DNA from: Escherichia coli | GTDB taxonomy: Bacteria; Pseudomonadota; Gammaproteobacteria; Enterobacterales; Enterobacteriaceae | DNA: 64,000 nucleotides | Reading direction: 5' to 3' (one strand) | Assembly: GCF_030013205.1 (NCBI RefSeq) | Contig: NZ_CP122648.1 | Shown: positions 1-11,877 of the stretch, in pieces | Numbering within the stretch: position 1 is the first letter of the stretch | How the letters are laid out: each line of letters starts with the position of its first letter | Program-made: the position numbers and the translations under genes | Notes under the pieces: model-generated | Told to the model about the DNA's origin: nothing | Database searches by the model: none | What the model saw: the letters and a program-made list of their open reading frames with translations, nothing else

Positions 1-1440
1 CTGGCTGTCGATTTCCGGCGGTAAATGCTCATACCACTCGGTGTCGTTACGCCGCAGAGCGATATCCAGTGCCAGAATGTCTTCGACTTCATCGGAATGC
101 ACCGCCTGATAACGAATTGCTGCGCCCGCAGCGGCGAAACGGTGTAAAAACGCTTTGCTACCTTCCTCCGGCGTACAGACAAAGAAATCGCCTTCGGCCT
201 GTTTGAAATAATCCACCAGCCACGATTTGGCTTCACCGACGCCATCGCCCGCCATTTTTAACAGCAGATGATGCTCGTATTTATCGCGCCAGTTTTTCAT
301 GCGCGGCGGTAAATGGCTGGGGAACAGGTGACCGAATTTTTGCATCGCACGGTCGGTAAAATGCGGACGGAAGAATTTCACTTTCTCCAGCATCGCATCG
401 GTGCGCCCCTTGAGATTAAAGAAGAACGGCATCTTGTCGGTGCCTAACTTATCAATCATCAGGAAGGTGTCTTTGCCGTATTTTTCCGCAATATCGTAGA
501 TATCCCGGTGCATATATTCCCCGGCAACCGGCAGATTTTCGAAATTAGCCAGAATATGACGGCGGATTTCGGTCAGTACTTCTGGCTGGTTGGTGCCGAT
601 ATAAAACACCTGCTGATTTTTTTCCGCTTCGAAGGTATCAAGACGTACCGCAAAGACGGCCAGCTTCCCGGCGCAACCAGAAGATTCAAATAACCGATCC
701 GGATCGGCGTTATAACGTGCGGGCGTGTCGGCTTCAATATCACGAACGCGGTGGACATAGTCATAATCGTGGGCGTGACGACCATCGTGGCGCACATCGT
801 CATCTTTGATGCGATCGTCATCCAGCTTGCTAAGGATCTGCTCCGGCGTTTCGCCCAGATCAATCCCCAGATGGTTCACCAGCGTCAGTTTGCCGTCTTC
901 ATTTATACGCGCGAATAACGACATTTCGGTATACGCCGGGCCACGCTGCACCAGCGAGCCGCCGGAGTTGTTACAAATACCGCCGATGACCGATGCGCCT
1001 ATACACGATGAGCCAATCACCGAGTGCGGTTCGCGTCCCAGCGGTTTGAGGGCTTTTTCCAGCGAATAAAGCGTGGTGCCCGGATAGGCCAGCACCTGTT
1101 CGCCCTTGCCAAGAACGTGCAGCTTGTCGAGACGCAGGGTGCTGATGATCACGATATCGCGATCATAGTCGTTACCGTTTGGCGTCGAGCCTTCGGTCAG
1201 ACCTGTATTGGCTGCCTGCATCAGAATAATTTTGTCGGCGGTGACGCAGGCTTTCAGCACCCGCCACAATTCCAGTAGTGAGCCAGGGAAAACGACAGCC
1301 AGTGCATCGCCCTGACCAGAACGGAAGCCCTTGCGATAGCGGGCCGTTTTTGCGGGATCGGTGAGCAGGTGTGAAGAACCCACCAGTCGGGCAAGTTCAT
1401 TCAAAAAGGCTTTATTATCAGTTGTTGTCATGGAAGACAT
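1..1440 (-). CDS. dld: D-lactate dehydrogenase, FAD-dependent (partial; C-terminus lies beyond window start)
   Basis: Reverse-strand reading frame open from 1440 to window edge; translation begins MSSMTTTDNKAFLNELARLVGSSHLL, recognised as Dld N-terminus. Not in ORF track because no stop codon in window. Confidence 0.8.
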   Translation of the reverse strand, partial: MSSMTTTDNKAFLNELARLVGSSHLLTDPAKTARYRKGFRSGQGDALAVVFPGSLLELWRVLKACVTADKIILMQAANTGLTEGSTPNGNDYDRDIVIISTLRLDKLHVLGKGEQVLAYPGTTLYSLEKALKPLGREPHSVIGSSCIGASVIGGICNNSGGSLVQRGPAYTEMSLFARINEDGKLTLVNHLGIDLGETPEQILSKLDDDRIKDDDVRHDGRHAHDYDYVHRVRDIEADTPARYNADPDRLFESSGCAGKLAVFAVRLDTFEAEKNQQVFYIGTNQPEVLTEIRRHILANFENLPVAGEYMHRDIYDIAEKYGKDTFLMIDKLGTDKMPFFFNLKGRTDAMLEKVKFFRPHFTDRAMQKFGHLFPSHLPPRMKNWRDKYEHHLLLKMAGDGVGEAKSWLVDYFKQAEGDFFVCTPEEGSKAFLHRFAAAGAAIRYQAVHSDEVEDILALDIALRRNDTEWYEHLPPEIDSQ

Positions 1441-1635
1441 TTTCCACTCCTTGTGGTGGCGAAAAAATATCACAAACTAGAATAGCGCCTTGTATGACAA
1501 TTCAGCGAGTGAATATTTTGAAAATTCAGACAATAAACTGAGCATTCTTTTTCTCTCTCTATCATGCTTATGGCAAACTACGGTTTTTGCACTATTTTCG
1601 CTGCCTCGTCGGGCAACAGAGGAAGAAAAATCCAT

Positions 1636-3933
1636 ATGAAATGGCTATGTTCAGTAGGAATCGCGGTGAGTCTGGCCCTGCAGCCAGCACTGGCAGATGA
1701 TTTATTCGGCAACCATCCATTAACGCCCGAAGCGCGGGATGCGTTCGTCACCGAACTGCTTAAGAAAATGACAGTTGATGAGAAAATTGGTCAGCTGCGC
1801 TTAATCAGCGTCGGCCCGGATAATCCGAAAGAGGCGATCCGCGAGATGATCAAAGACGGTCAGGTTGGGGCGATTTTCAACACCGTAACCCGTCAGGATA
1901 TCCGCGCCATGCAGGATCAGGTGATGGAATTAAGCCGCCTGAAAATTCCTCTTTTCTTTGCTTACGACGTGCTGCACGGTCAGCGCACGGTGTTCCCGAT
2001 TAGCCTCGGCCTGGCCTCGTCTTTTAACCTCGATGCGGTGAAAACAGTCGGGCGTGTCTCTGCTTATGAAGCGGCAGATGATGGCCTGAATATGACCTGG
2101 GCACCGATGGTCGATGTCTCGCGCGATCCGCGCTGGGGACGTGCTTCCGAAGGTTTTGGCGAAGATACGTATCTCACTTCAACAATGGGTAAAACCATGG
2201 TGGAAGCGATGCAGGGTAAAAGTCCGGCAGATCGCTACTCGGTGATGACCAGCGTCAAACACTTTGCCGCATACGGTGCGGTAGAAGGCGGTAAAGAGTA
2301 CAACACCGTCGATATGAGTCCGCAGCGCCTGTTTAATGATTATATGCCGCCGTACAAAGCGGGGCTGGACGCAGGCAGCGGCGCGGTGATGGTGGCGCTG
2401 AACTCGCTGAACGGCACGCCAGCCACCTCCGATTCATGGCTGCTGAAAGATGTTCTGCGCGACCAGTGGGGCTTTAAAGGCATCACCGTTTCTGATCACG
2501 GCGCAATCAAAGAGCTGATTAAACATGGCACGGCGGCAGCCCCGGAAGATGCGGTGCGCGTGGCGCTGAAATCCGGCATCAACATGAGTATGAGCGACGA
2601 GTACTACTCGAAGTATCTGCCTGGGTTGATCAAATCCGGCAAAGTGACGATGGAAGAGCTGGATGACGCTACCCGTCATGTACTGAACGTTAAATATGAT
2701 ATGGGGTTGTTTAACGACCCATACAGCCATTTGGGGCCGAAAGAGTCTGACCCGGTGGATACCAATGCCGAAAGCCGCCTGCACCGCAAAGAAGCGCGTG
2801 AAGTGGCGCGTGAAAGCCTGGTGTTGCTGAAAAACCGTCTCGAAACGTTACCGCTGAAAAAATCGGCCACCATTGCGGTGGTTGGGCCACTGGCGGACAG
2901 TAAACGTGACGTGATGGGCAGCTGGTCCGCAGCCGGTGTTGCCGATCAATCCGTGACCGTACTGACCGGGATTAAAAATGCCGTCGGTGAAAACGGTAAA
3001 GTGCTGTACGCCAAAGGGGCGAACGTCACCAGTGACAAAGGCATTATCGATTTCCTGAATCAGTATGAAGAGGCGGTCAAAGTCGATCCGCGTTCGCCGC
3101 AAGAGATGATTGATGAAGCGGTGCAAACCGCGAAACAATCTGATGTGGTGGTGGCTGTGGTCGGTGAAGCTCAGGGGATGGCGCACGAGGCCTCCAGCCG
3201 TACCGATATTACTATTCCGCAAAGCCAACGTGACTTGATTGCGGCGTTGAAAGCCACTGGTAAACCGCTGGTGCTGGTGCTGATGAATGGGCGTCCGCTG
3301 GCGCTGGTGAAAGAAGATCAGCAGGCTGATGCGATTCTGGAAACCTGGTTTGCGGGTACGGAAGGGGGTAATGCGATTGCCGATGTATTGTTTGGCGATT
3401 ACAACCCGTCCGGTAAGCTACCGATGTCCTTCCCGCGTTCTGTCGGGCAGATCCCTGTGTACTACAGCCATCTGAATACCGGGCGTCCGTATAATGCCGA
3501 CAAGCCGAACAAATACACTTCGCGTTATTTTGATGAAGCTAACGGGGCGCTGTATCCGTTCGGTTATGGTCTGAGCTACACCACTTTCACCGTCTCTGAT
3601 GTGAAACTTTCTGCGCCGACCATGAAGCGTGACGGCAAAGTGACCGCCAGTGTGCAGGTGACGAACACCGGTAAGCGCGAAGGGGCGACGGTAGTGCAGA
3701 TGTACTTGCAGGATGTGACGGCTTCCATGAGTCGTCCGGTGAAGCAGCTGAAAGGCTTTGAGAAAATCACCCTGAAACCGGGCGAAACTCAGACCGTCAG
3801 CTTCCCGATTGATATCGAGGCGCTGAAGTTCTGGAATCAACAGATGAAATATGACGCCGAGCCTGGCAAGTTCAATGTCTTCATCGGCACTGATTCCGCA
3901 CGCGTTAAGAAAGGCGAGTTTGAGTTGCTGTAA
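1636..3933 (+). CDS. bglX: Periplasmic beta-glucosidase (GH3)
   Basis: ORF 1564..3933; ATG at 1636 (MKWLCSVGIAVSLALQPALA signal peptide) gives 765 aa; GH3 family sequence. Confidence 0.9.
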   Translation: MKWLCSVGIAVSLALQPALADDLFGNHPLTPEARDAFVTELLKKMTVDEKIGQLRLISVGPDNPKEAIREMIKDGQVGAIFNTVTRQDIRAMQDQVMELSRLKIPLFFAYDVLHGQRTVFPISLGLASSFNLDAVKTVGRVSAYEAADDGLNMTWAPMVDVSRDPRWGRASEGFGEDTYLTSTMGKTMVEAMQGKSPADRYSVMTSVKHFAAYGAVEGGKEYNTVDMSPQRLFNDYMPPYKAGLDAGSGAVMVALNSLNGTPATSDSWLLKDVLRDQWGFKGITVSDHGAIKELIKHGTAAAPEDAVRVALKSGINMSMSDEYYSKYLPGLIKSGKVTMEELDDATRHVLNVKYDMGLFNDPYSHLGPKESDPVDTNAESRLHRKEAREVARESLVLLKNRLETLPLKKSATIAVVGPLADSKRDVMGSWSAAGVADQSVTVLTGIKNAVGENGKVLYAKGANVTSDKGIIDFLNQYEEAVKVDPRSPQEMIDEAVQTAKQSDVVVAVVGEAQGMAHEASSRTDITIPQSQRDLIAALKATGKPLVLVLMNGRPLALVKEDQQADAILETWFAGTEGGNAIADVLFGDYNPSGKLPMSFPRSVGQIPVYYSHLNTGRPYNADKPNKYTSRYFDEANGALYPFGYGLSYTTFTVSDVKLSAPTMKRDGKVTASVQVTNTGKREGATVVQMYLQDVTASMSRPVKQLKGFEKITLKPGETQTVSFPIDIEALKFWNQQMKYDAEPGKFNVFIGTDSARVKKGEFELL

Positions 3934-3943
3934 TGCTTTAGTA

Positions 3944-3974
3944 AGGGCGCGACGTTTGCGCCCTTTAAGTATTT
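3944..3974 (+). terminator. Rho-independent terminator downstream of bglX
   Basis: GC hairpin agggcgc-gacgttt-gcgccct followed by T-rich tract. Confidence 0.5.
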
Positions 3975-4081
3975 ATCTGATTCTGCAACTGAATCCGCCC
4001 AGACAGGCTAACCCTGTCATTATCAACTATGCTTTTCTCTTAATTAGCTGAAAACAACAGTAAAAGAATGAGGAAAGCATC

Positions 4082-4999
4082 ATGCCACTCTCAAAGCTCT
4101 GGGCAGGTTCATTGGTTTTGTTGGCAGCCGTGAGCCTGCCGCTACAGGCGGCTTCCCCCGTTAAGGTCGGTTCAAAAATCGATACCGAAGGCGCGCTGCT
4201 CGGCAATATCATTTTGCAGGTGCTGGAAAGTCACGGTGTTCCTACGGTAAATAAAGTGCAACTGGGAACGACTCCCGTGGTGCGCGGGGCGATTACTTCC
4301 GGTGAACTGGATATCTATCCGGAATATACCGGCAATGGCGCGTTTTTCTTTAAAGATGAAAACGATGCGGCGTGGAAAAATGCCGGGCAAGGCTACGAGA
4401 AAGTCAAAAAGCTCGATGCAGAACAAAACAAGTTAATCTGGCTGACGCCTGCGCCTGCAAATAACACCTGGACCATCGCCGTGCGTCAGGATGTGGCAGA
4501 GAAAAACAAACTCACTTCGCTTGCCGACCTGAGTCGTTATCTGAAAGAGGGCGGCACCTTCAAACTGGCGGCCTCGGCAGAATTTATTGAACGCGCCGAT
4601 GCCTTACCCGCGTTTGAAAAAGCCTATGGCTTTAAGCTCGGTCAGGATCAGTTGCTGTCACTGGCTGGTGGCGATACGGCAGTGACGATCAAAGCCGCTG
4701 CTCAGCAAACCTCTGGCGTTAATGCCGCAATGGCTTACGGTACCGACGGTCCGGTCGCGGCGCTGGGGCTGCAAACCTTAAGCGATCCGCAAGGCGTGCA
4801 ACCTATCTACGCGCCTGCACCAGTGGTGCGTGAATCGGTGTTGAAGGAGTATCCGCAAATGGCACAGTGGCTACAGCCAGTCTTCGCCAGCCTCGATGAA
4901 AAAACATTGCAGCAACTGAATGCCAGCATTGCTGTGGAAGGACTGGATGCCAAAAAAGTGGCTGCCGACTACCTGAAACAAAAAGGGTGGACGAAGTAA
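4082..4999 (+). CDS. osmF: Glycine betaine/osmoprotectant-binding periplasmic protein
   Basis: 305 aa with signal peptide; first gene of the osmF-yehYXW ABC transporter operon. Confidence 0.85.
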   Translation: MPLSKLWAGSLVLLAAVSLPLQAASPVKVGSKIDTEGALLGNIILQVLESHGVPTVNKVQLGTTPVVRGAITSGELDIYPEYTGNGAFFFKDENDAAWKNAGQGYEKVKKLDAEQNKLIWLTPAPANNTWTIAVRQDVAEKNKLTSLADLSRYLKEGGTFKLAASAEFIERADALPAFEKAYGFKLGQDQLLSLAGGDTAVTIKAAAQQTSGVNAAMAYGTDGPVAALGLQTLSDPQGVQPIYAPAPVVRESVLKEYPQMAQWLQPVFASLDEKTLQQLNASIAVEGLDAKKVAADYLKQKGWTK

Positions 5000-5005
5000 T
5001 TTCCC

Positions 5006-6163
5006 GTGACTTATCTACGTATTAATCCTGTTCTGGCGCTGCTGCTGTTGCTGACGGCAATCGCAGCGGCGCTGCCGTTTATCAGTTACGCGCCTAATCG
5101 TTTAGTTTCGGGTGAGGGGCGTCATCTCTGGCAGCTGTGGCCGCAAACGATCTGGATGCTGGTGGGCGTTGGTTGCGCCTGGATGACAGCCTGTTTTATT
5201 CCCGCTAAAAAAGGCAGCATTTTTGCACTCATTCTGGCGCAATTCGTCTTCGTATTGCTGGTGTGGGGAGCAGGAAAGGCGGCGACACAACTGGCACAAA
5301 ATGGCAGTGCGCTGGCGCGTACCAGCCTCGGCAGTGGTTTCTGGCTGGCTGCGGCGCTGGCATTGCTGGCCTGTAGCGATGCCATCCGCCGAATCTCCAC
5401 GCATCCGCTGTGGCGCTGGTTGTTGCATATGCAGATTGCCATTATTCCGCTGTGGTTGCTGTACTCCGGCACGCTTAACGATCTCTCGCTAATGAAAGAA
5501 TACGCCAACCGTCGGGATGTGTTTGATGACGCGCTGGCGCAACATCTGACGTTGCTGTTTGGTGCGGTGCTGCCTGCGTTAGTGATTGGTGTGCCGCTGG
5601 GCGTCTGGTGCTACTTTTCCACTGCGCGGCAGGGGGCGATTTTTTCTCTGCTGAATGTCATTCAGACCGTGCCTTCGGTGGCGCTCTTTGGCCTGTTGAT
5701 TGCGCCGCTTGCCGCACTGGTTACGGCCTTTCCGTGGCTGGGTAAGCTCGGCATAGCAGGAACCGGAATGACACCCGCACTGATTGCGCTGGTGCTCTAT
5801 GCCTTGCTGCCGCTGGTGCGCGGCGTGGTAGTCGGCTTGAACCAGATCCCGCGCGATGTGCTGGAGAGCGCCAGAGCGATGGGCATGAGCGGGGCGCAGC
5901 GATTCCTGCATGTTCAGTTACCACTGGCGTTACCGGTATTTCTGCGTAGCCTGCGGGTGGTGATGGTGCAAACCGTCGGCATGGCGGTGATTGCGGCGTT
6001 AATCGGCGCAGGCGGTTTTGGTGCGCTGGTTTTCCAGGGGCTGCTAAGCAGTGCCATTGATTTAGTGTTGCTAGGGGTGATCCCGGTAATTGTTCTGGCG
6101 GTGCTGATCGATGCGCTGTTCGATTTGCTTATCGCACTGCTGAAGGTGAAACGTAATGATTGA
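5006..6163 (+). CDS. yehY: ABC transporter permease
   Basis: 385-aa polytopic membrane protein, GTG start; operon context. Confidence 0.85.
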   Translation: MTYLRINPVLALLLLLTAIAAALPFISYAPNRLVSGEGRHLWQLWPQTIWMLVGVGCAWMTACFIPAKKGSIFALILAQFVFVLLVWGAGKAATQLAQNGSALARTSLGSGFWLAAALALLACSDAIRRISTHPLWRWLLHMQIAIIPLWLLYSGTLNDLSLMKEYANRRDVFDDALAQHLTLLFGAVLPALVIGVPLGVWCYFSTARQGAIFSLLNVIQTVPSVALFGLLIAPLAALVTAFPWLGKLGIAGTGMTPALIALVLYALLPLVRGVVVGLNQIPRDVLESARAMGMSGAQRFLHVQLPLALPVFLRSLRVVMVQTVGMAVIAALIGAGGFGALVFQGLLSSAIDLVLLGVIPVIVLAVLIDALFDLLIALLKVKRND

Positions 6164-7082
6164 ATTTAGCCATGTCAGCAAACTGTTCGGCATACAAAAA
6201 GCCGTTAACGATCTCAATCTCAATTTTCAGGAGGGGAGTTTTTCGGTGCTGATTGGTACATCAGGCTCCGGTAAATCCACCACTCTGAAAATGATTAACC
6301 GCCTGGTGGAGCATGACAGTGGCGTGATCCGCTTTGCCGGAGAAGAAATTCGCTCGCTGCCAGTGCTGGAGTTGCGCCGCCGGATGGGCTATGCCATTCA
6401 ATCTATTGGCCTGTTTCCCCACTGGAGCGTGGCGCAAAATATTGCCACCGTGCCGCAATTACAAAAATGGTCACGGGCGCGGATCGACGATCGTATCGAC
6501 GAATTAATGGCGCTACTGGGGCTGGAGCCAAATTTGCGTGAGCGTTATCCGCATCAGCTTTCCGGTGGTCAGCAGCAACGTGTGGGAGTGGCGCGCGCAC
6601 TGGCTGCCGATCCGCAAGTCTTACTGATGGATGAACCTTTTGGCGCGCTGGACCCGGTAACGCGCGGCGCGTTGCAACAAGAGATGACGCGCATTCACCG
6701 TTTGCTGGGGCGCACTATTGTGCTGGTCACTCATGATATTGATGAGGCGCTACGGCTGGCAGAACATCTGGTGTTGATGGATCACGGTGAAGTGGTGCAG
6801 CAGGGCAATCCGCTGACGATGCTGACTCGTCCGGCGAATGATTTTGTCCGCCAGTTTTTTGGGCATAGTGAACTGGGTGTCCGCCTGCTTTCGTTACGTA
6901 GCGTGGCGGATTACGTGCGTCGCGAAGAACGGGCAGAAGGTGAGGCGCTGGCAGAAGAGATGACGCTACGCGATGCGCTCTCCCTGTTTGTCGCGCGGGG
7001 ATGTGAAGTGCTGCCGGTGGTGAACACGCAGGGCGAGCCTTGCGGCACGCTGCATTTTCAGGATCTGCTGGTGGAGGCGTAA
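6156..7082 (+). CDS. yehX: ABC transporter ATP-binding protein
   Basis: Walker [10 protein letters not shown] and ABC signature LSGGQQQR in translation; overlaps yehY stop. Confidence 0.9.
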   Translation: MIEFSHVSKLFGIQKAVNDLNLNFQEGSFSVLIGTSGSGKSTTLKMINRLVEHDSGVIRFAGEEIRSLPVLELRRRMGYAIQSIGLFPHWSVAQNIATVPQLQKWSRARIDDRIDELMALLGLEPNLRERYPHQLSGGQQQRVGVARALAADPQVLLMDEPFGALDPVTRGALQQEMTRIHRLLGRTIVLVTHDIDEALRLAEHLVLMDHGEVVQQGNPLTMLTRPANDFVRQFFGHSELGVRLLSLRSVADYVRREERAEGEALAEEMTLRDALSLFVARGCEVLPVVNTQGEPCGTLHFQDLLVEA

Positions 7083-7086
7083 ACGT

Positions 7087-7818
7087 ATGAAGATGTTGCG
7101 CGATCCGCTGTTCTGGCTCATTGCTCTGTTTGTGGCGCTGATTTTCTGGCTGCCTTACAGCCAGCCGCTGTTTGCAGCCTTGTTCCCACAACTGCCACGA
7201 CCCGTTTATCAGCAAGAAAGTTTTGCAGTTCTGGCACTGGCTCATTTCTGGCTGGTGGGAATTTCGAGTTTGTTTGCGGTGATCATTGGTACTGGTGCCG
7301 GAATTGCTGTCACTCGCCCTTGGGGCGCGGAATTTCGCCCACTGGTGGAAACTATTGCCGCCGTTGGACAGACTTTTCCGCCCGTCGCGGTGCTGGCGAT
7401 TGCCGTTCCGGTGATCGGCTTTGGTCTGCAACCCGCGATTATCGCCTTGATCCTTTACGGCGTGCTGCCCGTCCTGCAGGCAACACTTGCCGGGCTGGGA
7501 GCGATTGATGCCAGCGTGACAGAAGTTGCGAAAGGTATGGGAATGAGTCGAGGTCAGCGACTGCGTAAGGTCGAGCTACCGCTGGCGGCTCCGGTGATTC
7601 TGGCGGGCGTGCGAACTTCGGTGATTATCAACATTGGTACGGCGACGATCGCCTCAACGGTAGGGGCCAGCACGCTGGGTACGCCGATCATCATCGGGCT
7701 TAGCGGATTTAATACCGCGTATGTGATCCAGGGGGCGTTACTGGTGGCACTGGCGGCGATCATTGCAGACCGCCTGTTTGAAAGGCTGGTGCAGGCGCTT
7801 AGCCAGCACGCAAAATAA
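7087..7818 (+). CDS. yehW: ABC transporter permease
   Basis: 243-aa membrane protein, last gene of operon. Confidence 0.85.
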
Positions 7819-7906
7819 AGGTATAACCTGCGAGCATGACGCCACCAATTCCGCCTAACGCCATAAACAGGAACAGGGCGATGACCCCAATTTTAGCTAT
7901 GCGCAT
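7799..7906 (-). CDS. yohO: Small membrane protein (35 aa)
   Basis: Minus-strand 35-codon [38 protein letters not shown]; overlaps yehW 3' end antisense by 20 bp. Confidence 0.6.
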
Positions 7907-7965
7907 AATGCACTCCTTATGTTAACGAAAGGATTGTACAGTAAAGCGCATTTGTTAACGAATCA

Positions 7966-8697
7966 TTAAATGCCGAGTGGGAAAATATCATGGCCTTGTT
8001 CCTGCCAACTGGTGAGTTGCTGCTGTTGGGCGGAGGTTCGATTTTCACCGCACCACACCAGCAATGTACGGCCTTCGAACAGTTCAGGGCGTAGTTGATT
8101 GAGCGAGTGGGCGAGGACATCAATGCGCCATCCTTGTTGACTGGCAATCCAGCCCTCCAGCCACAGACGGGTGGTATCGTGAATATTCCAGCCAACCACC
8201 AGCGCATCTTTACCCTGTTTTTTACGTGCCGAAGCCAGGCAAATGGCGATGTAGTTGATCAGTACGCCGTCGAGGATCGCCAGCAGCGCCTGGAGGGTCG
8301 GTTGTTGGCACTGAAGTCGTCGGCGCAGAGGAATAAACAGATGCGTGGTGAGTGTCTGGGCGGGGTAATCCTGACCGCGCTCTTTGATCCACGTTCGCAG
8401 GCTATGCAGATTGCCGCTTTGCAGGTAAGTCAGTAATGTTTCTTGCTGATCGCGCCAGCCGTTCTGCACATCAACATTTTCATTACTGAGCAGCATTTTT
8501 ACTTTGCTGACCTGCACGCCGTTGTCGATCCAGCGTTTGATCTCGCGGATCCGGTCAATATCGGCATCATTGAACAGCCGATGACCGCCGTCTGTCCGTT
8601 GCGGTTTCAGCAATCCGTAACGCCTCTGCCACGCGCGTAACGTGACAGGGTTAATATCACAAAGCAACGCCACTTCACCAATTGTGTAAAGCGCCAT
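7966..8697 (-). CDS. mlrA: MerR-family transcriptional regulator (curli regulator)
   Basis: 243 aa; N-terminal MerR HTH MALYTIGEVALLCDINPVTLRAWQRRYGLLKPQRTDGGHRLF. Confidence 0.85.
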   Translation of the reverse strand: MALYTIGEVALLCDINPVTLRAWQRRYGLLKPQRTDGGHRLFNDADIDRIREIKRWIDNGVQVSKVKMLLSNENVDVQNGWRDQQETLLTYLQSGNLHSLRTWIKERGQDYPAQTLTTHLFIPLRRRLQCQQPTLQALLAILDGVLINYIAICLASARKKQGKDALVVGWNIHDTTRLWLEGWIASQQGWRIDVLAHSLNQLRPELFEGRTLLVWCGENRTSAQQQQLTSWQEQGHDIFPLGI

Positions 8698-8918
8698 CGT
8701 CTCACCCTTGCTCGCGAGGTCCCGGTTTAACTTTAGACGCAGTTTTGCGAACCAGGTAGTTTTGCCCGTTTTTTGTGCATCTATAGGGTGATTTTATTTT
8801 TGCCAGGCGATTTTGAGTGATCGTACTCACGAATTCTCATTTTTCTGCAAGAGTTCAAAGAAAGTTAAACGCAGGCAATGTATGTTACGCGTTTTAAAGG
8901 GAAGTGTGGTTTGCGGGT

Positions 8919-10604
8919 ATGTACGATTTTAATCTGGTGTTGCTGCTGCTTCAGCAGATGTGCGTTTTTTTAGTCATTGCGTGGTTAATGAGTAAAACGC
9001 CATTATTCATACCGTTAATGCAGGTCACGGTTCGTCTGCCGCATAAATTTCTCTGCTACATCGTCTTTTCCATCTTCTGCATCATGGGCACCTGGTTTGG
9101 GTTGCACATTGACGATTCTATTGCCAATACCCGTGCGATAGGCGCGGTAATGGGCGGCTTGCTCGGCGGTCCGGTCGTCGGTGGGCTGGTTGGTCTGACC
9201 GGCGGGTTACATCGATATTCGATGGGGGGCATGACCGCGCTAAGTTGCATGATCTCGACCATCGTTGAAGGATTGCTCGGCGGCCTGGTACACAGCATCC
9301 TGATCCGTCGCGGGCGCACTGATAAAGTCTTTAACCCCATTACCGCCGGTGCCGTCACGTTCGTCGCTGAAATGGTGCAAATGTTGATCATCCTGGCGAT
9401 CGCCCGACCTTATGAAGATGCGGTGCGTCTGGTGAGTAATATTGCTGCGCCAATGATGGTTACCAATACCGTCGGCGCGGCGCTGTTTATGCGTATATTG
9501 CTCGATAAACGCGCGATGTTTGAAAAATACACTTCGGCTTTTTCTGCCACTGCGCTAAAAGTGGCTGCCTCGACGGAAGGCATTTTGCGCCAGGGGTTTA
9601 ACGAAGTTAACAGCATGAAAGTGGCACAGGTGCTGTATCAGGAGCTGGATATTGGTGCAGTCGCGATTACCGATCGAGAGAAATTGCTGGCCTTTACCGG
9701 AATTGGTGACGATCACCATTTACCCGGCAAACCGATTTCTTCGACTTACACCTTAAAAGCGATTGAAACCGGTGAAGTGGTCTACGCTGATGGCAACGAA
9801 GTACCTTATCGTTGCTCTTTGCATCCGCAATGCAAACTGGGGTCGACGCTGGTAATTCCGTTGCGTGGTGAAAATCAGCGGGTGATGGGCACCATCAAAT
9901 TGTATGAAGCCAAAAACCGTTTATTCAGTTCAATCAACCGCACGCTGGGCGAGGGGATTGCGCAACTGCTTTCGGCGCAGATCCTCGCCGGGCAATATGA
10001 GCGGCAAAAAGCGATGCTCACCCAGTCAGAGATCAAACTGCTTCACGCCCAGGTGAACCCCCATTTTTTGTTTAATGCGCTTAACACCATTAAAGCGGTG
10101 ATCCGCCGCGACAGCGAACAGGCCAGCCAGCTGGTCCAGTATCTTTCCACTTTTTTCCGCAAAAACTTAAAGCGGCCTTCGGAGTTTGTTACTCTCGCAG
10201 ACGAAATTGAACATGTGAACGCTTATCTGCAAATTGAAAAGGCGCGCTTCCAGTCGCGGTTGCAGGTCAACATTGCTATTCCGCAAGAATTATCCCAGCA
10301 GCAATTGCCCGCGTTTACCCTGCAACCGATAGTGGAAAACGCCATTAAACATGGGACATCACAACTGCTCGATACAGGGCGAGTGGCAATCAGCGCCCGA
10401 CGTGAGGGGCAACATTTGATGCTGGAGATCGAAGACAATGCCGGTTTGTATCAACCGGTAACCAATGCCAGTGGGCTGGGGATGAATCTGGTGGATAAGC
10501 GTTTACGTGAACGGTTTGGCGATGACTATGGGATAAGCGTCGCCTGTGAGCCTGATAGTTACACCCGAATAACGTTACGACTACCATGGAGGGACGAGGC
10601 ATGA
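8919..10604 (+). CDS. btsS: Sensor histidine kinase (LytS-type)
   Basis: ORF 8904..10604; ATG at 8919 gives 561 aa; N-terminal membrane domain, GAF-like region and HATPase C-terminus. Confidence 0.85.
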   Translation: MYDFNLVLLLLQQMCVFLVIAWLMSKTPLFIPLMQVTVRLPHKFLCYIVFSIFCIMGTWFGLHIDDSIANTRAIGAVMGGLLGGPVVGGLVGLTGGLHRYSMGGMTALSCMISTIVEGLLGGLVHSILIRRGRTDKVFNPITAGAVTFVAEMVQMLIILAIARPYEDAVRLVSNIAAPMMVTNTVGAALFMRILLDKRAMFEKYTSAFSATALKVAASTEGILRQGFNEVNSMKVAQVLYQELDIGAVAITDREKLLAFTGIGDDHHLPGKPISSTYTLKAIETGEVVYADGNEVPYRCSLHPQCKLGSTLVIPLRGENQRVMGTIKLYEAKNRLFSSINRTLGEGIAQLLSAQILAGQYERQKAMLTQSEIKLLHAQVNPHFLFNALNTIKAVIRRDSEQASQLVQYLSTFFRKNLKRPSEFVTLADEIEHVNAYLQIEKARFQSRLQVNIAIPQELSQQQLPAFTLQPIVENAIKHGTSQLLDTGRVAISARREGQHLMLEIEDNAGLYQPVTNASGLGMNLVDKRLRERFGDDYGISVACEPDSYTRITLRLPWRDEA

Positions 10605-11320
10605 TTAAAGTCTTAATTGTCGATGATGAACCGTTAGCACGGGAGAACCTGCGCGTATTTTTGCAGGAGCAGAGCGATATTGAAATTGTTGGAGAGTGTT
10701 CAAACGCCGTGGAAGGGATCGGCGCGGTGCATAAACTGCGCCCGGATGTGCTGTTTCTTGATATCCAGATGCCGCGCATCAGTGGTCTGGAAATGGTGGG
10801 AATGCTCGACCCGGAACATCGTCCGTATATCGTTTTTCTCACCGCGTTTGACGAATACGCTATTAAAGCCTTTGAAGAACATGCCTTTGATTATCTGCTG
10901 AAGCCAATTGACGAAGCGCGACTGGAGAAAACGCTGGCGCGATTGCGTCTGGAGCGCAGCAAGCAGGATGTTTCGCTGTTACCGGAAAATCAACAGGCGC
11001 TGAAATTTATCCCTTGTACGGGGCATAGTCGGATTTATTTGCTGCAAATGAAAGATGTGGCATTTGTCAGCAGTCGGATGAGCGGTGTCTACGTTACCAG
11101 TCACGAAGGGAAAGAGGGCTTTACCGAATTGACATTACGTACCCTGGAAAGTCGTACACCACTACTGCGCTGCCATCGTCAGTATCTGGTTAACCTCGCG
11201 CATTTACAGGAGATTCGTCTGGAAGATAACGGCCAGGCCGAGTTGATTTTGCGTAATGGCTTAACCGTGCCGGTCAGCCGCCGTTATCTGAAAAGCTTAA
11301 AAGAGGCGATTGGCCTGTAA
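10601..11320 (+). CDS. btsR: LytTR-family response regulator
   Basis: [17 protein letters not shown] receiver domain plus LytTR C-terminus; ATGA overlap with btsS stop. Confidence 0.85.
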   Translation: MIKVLIVDDEPLARENLRVFLQEQSDIEIVGECSNAVEGIGAVHKLRPDVLFLDIQMPRISGLEMVGMLDPEHRPYIVFLTAFDEYAIKAFEEHAFDYLLKPIDEARLEKTLARLRLERSKQDVSLLPENQQALKFIPCTGHSRIYLLQMKDVAFVSSRMSGVYVTSHEGKEGFTELTLRTLESRTPLLRCHRQYLVNLAHLQEIRLEDNGQAELILRNGLTVPVSRRYLKSLKEAIGL

Positions 11321-11366
11321 AAGACTGCTAAAATGGCTTTTTGCCTCATCAACACCTGAAGGCCTC

Positions 11367-11837
11367 ATGCTAAGTAACGATATTCTGCGCAGCGTGCGCT
11401 ACATTTTGAAAGCCAATAATAATGACCTGGTGCGTATTCTGGCGCTGGGTAATGTCGAAGCCACCGCGGAACAGATCGCCGTCTGGCTACGTAAAGAAGA
11501 CGAAGAGGGTTTTCAGCGTTGTCCGGACATTGTTTTGTCTTCCTTCCTCAATGGCCTGATTTATGAAAAACGCGGCAAGGATGAGTCTGCTCCGGCACTG
11601 GAGCCGGAACGTCGCATTAATAACAACATCGTGCTGAAAAAATTACGCATCGCGTTTTCGCTGAAAACCGATGACATTCTGGCGATCCTTACCGAACAGC
11701 AGTTCCGCGTTTCGATGCCGGAAATTACGGCGATGATGCGTGCACCGGATCATAAAAACTTCCGCGAATGCGGCGATCAATTTTTACGTTATTTTCTGCG
11801 TGGACTGGCAGCGCGCCAGCATGTGAAGAAAAGCTAA
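11367..11837 (+). CDS. yehS: Conserved protein of unknown function (DUF1456-like)
   Basis: ORF 11310..11837; ATG at 11367 gives 156 aa (MLSNDILRSVRYILK). Confidence 0.7.
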   Translation: MLSNDILRSVRYILKANNNDLVRILALGNVEATAEQIAVWLRKEDEEGFQRCPDIVLSSFLNGLIYEKRGKDESAPALEPERRINNNIVLKKLRIAFSLKTDDILAILTEQQFRVSMPEITAMMRAPDHKNFRECGDQFLRYFLRGLAARQHVKKS

Positions 11838-11846
11838 GACGGGTAT

Positions 11847-11871
11847 GGCGGCCATGCGAAACATGGCCGCC
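11847..11871. terminator. Perfect palindrome between convergent yehS and yehR (possible bidirectional terminator)
   Basis: ggcggccatg-cgaaa-catggccgcc hairpin; no strong T-run so confidence is low. Confidence 0.3.
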
Positions 11872-11877
11872 GACAGA

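Noticed and set aside
10390-10842. 150-aa minus-strand ORF overlapping the btsS/btsR junction
   Set aside because: Antisense to two well-supported, translationally coupled genes.
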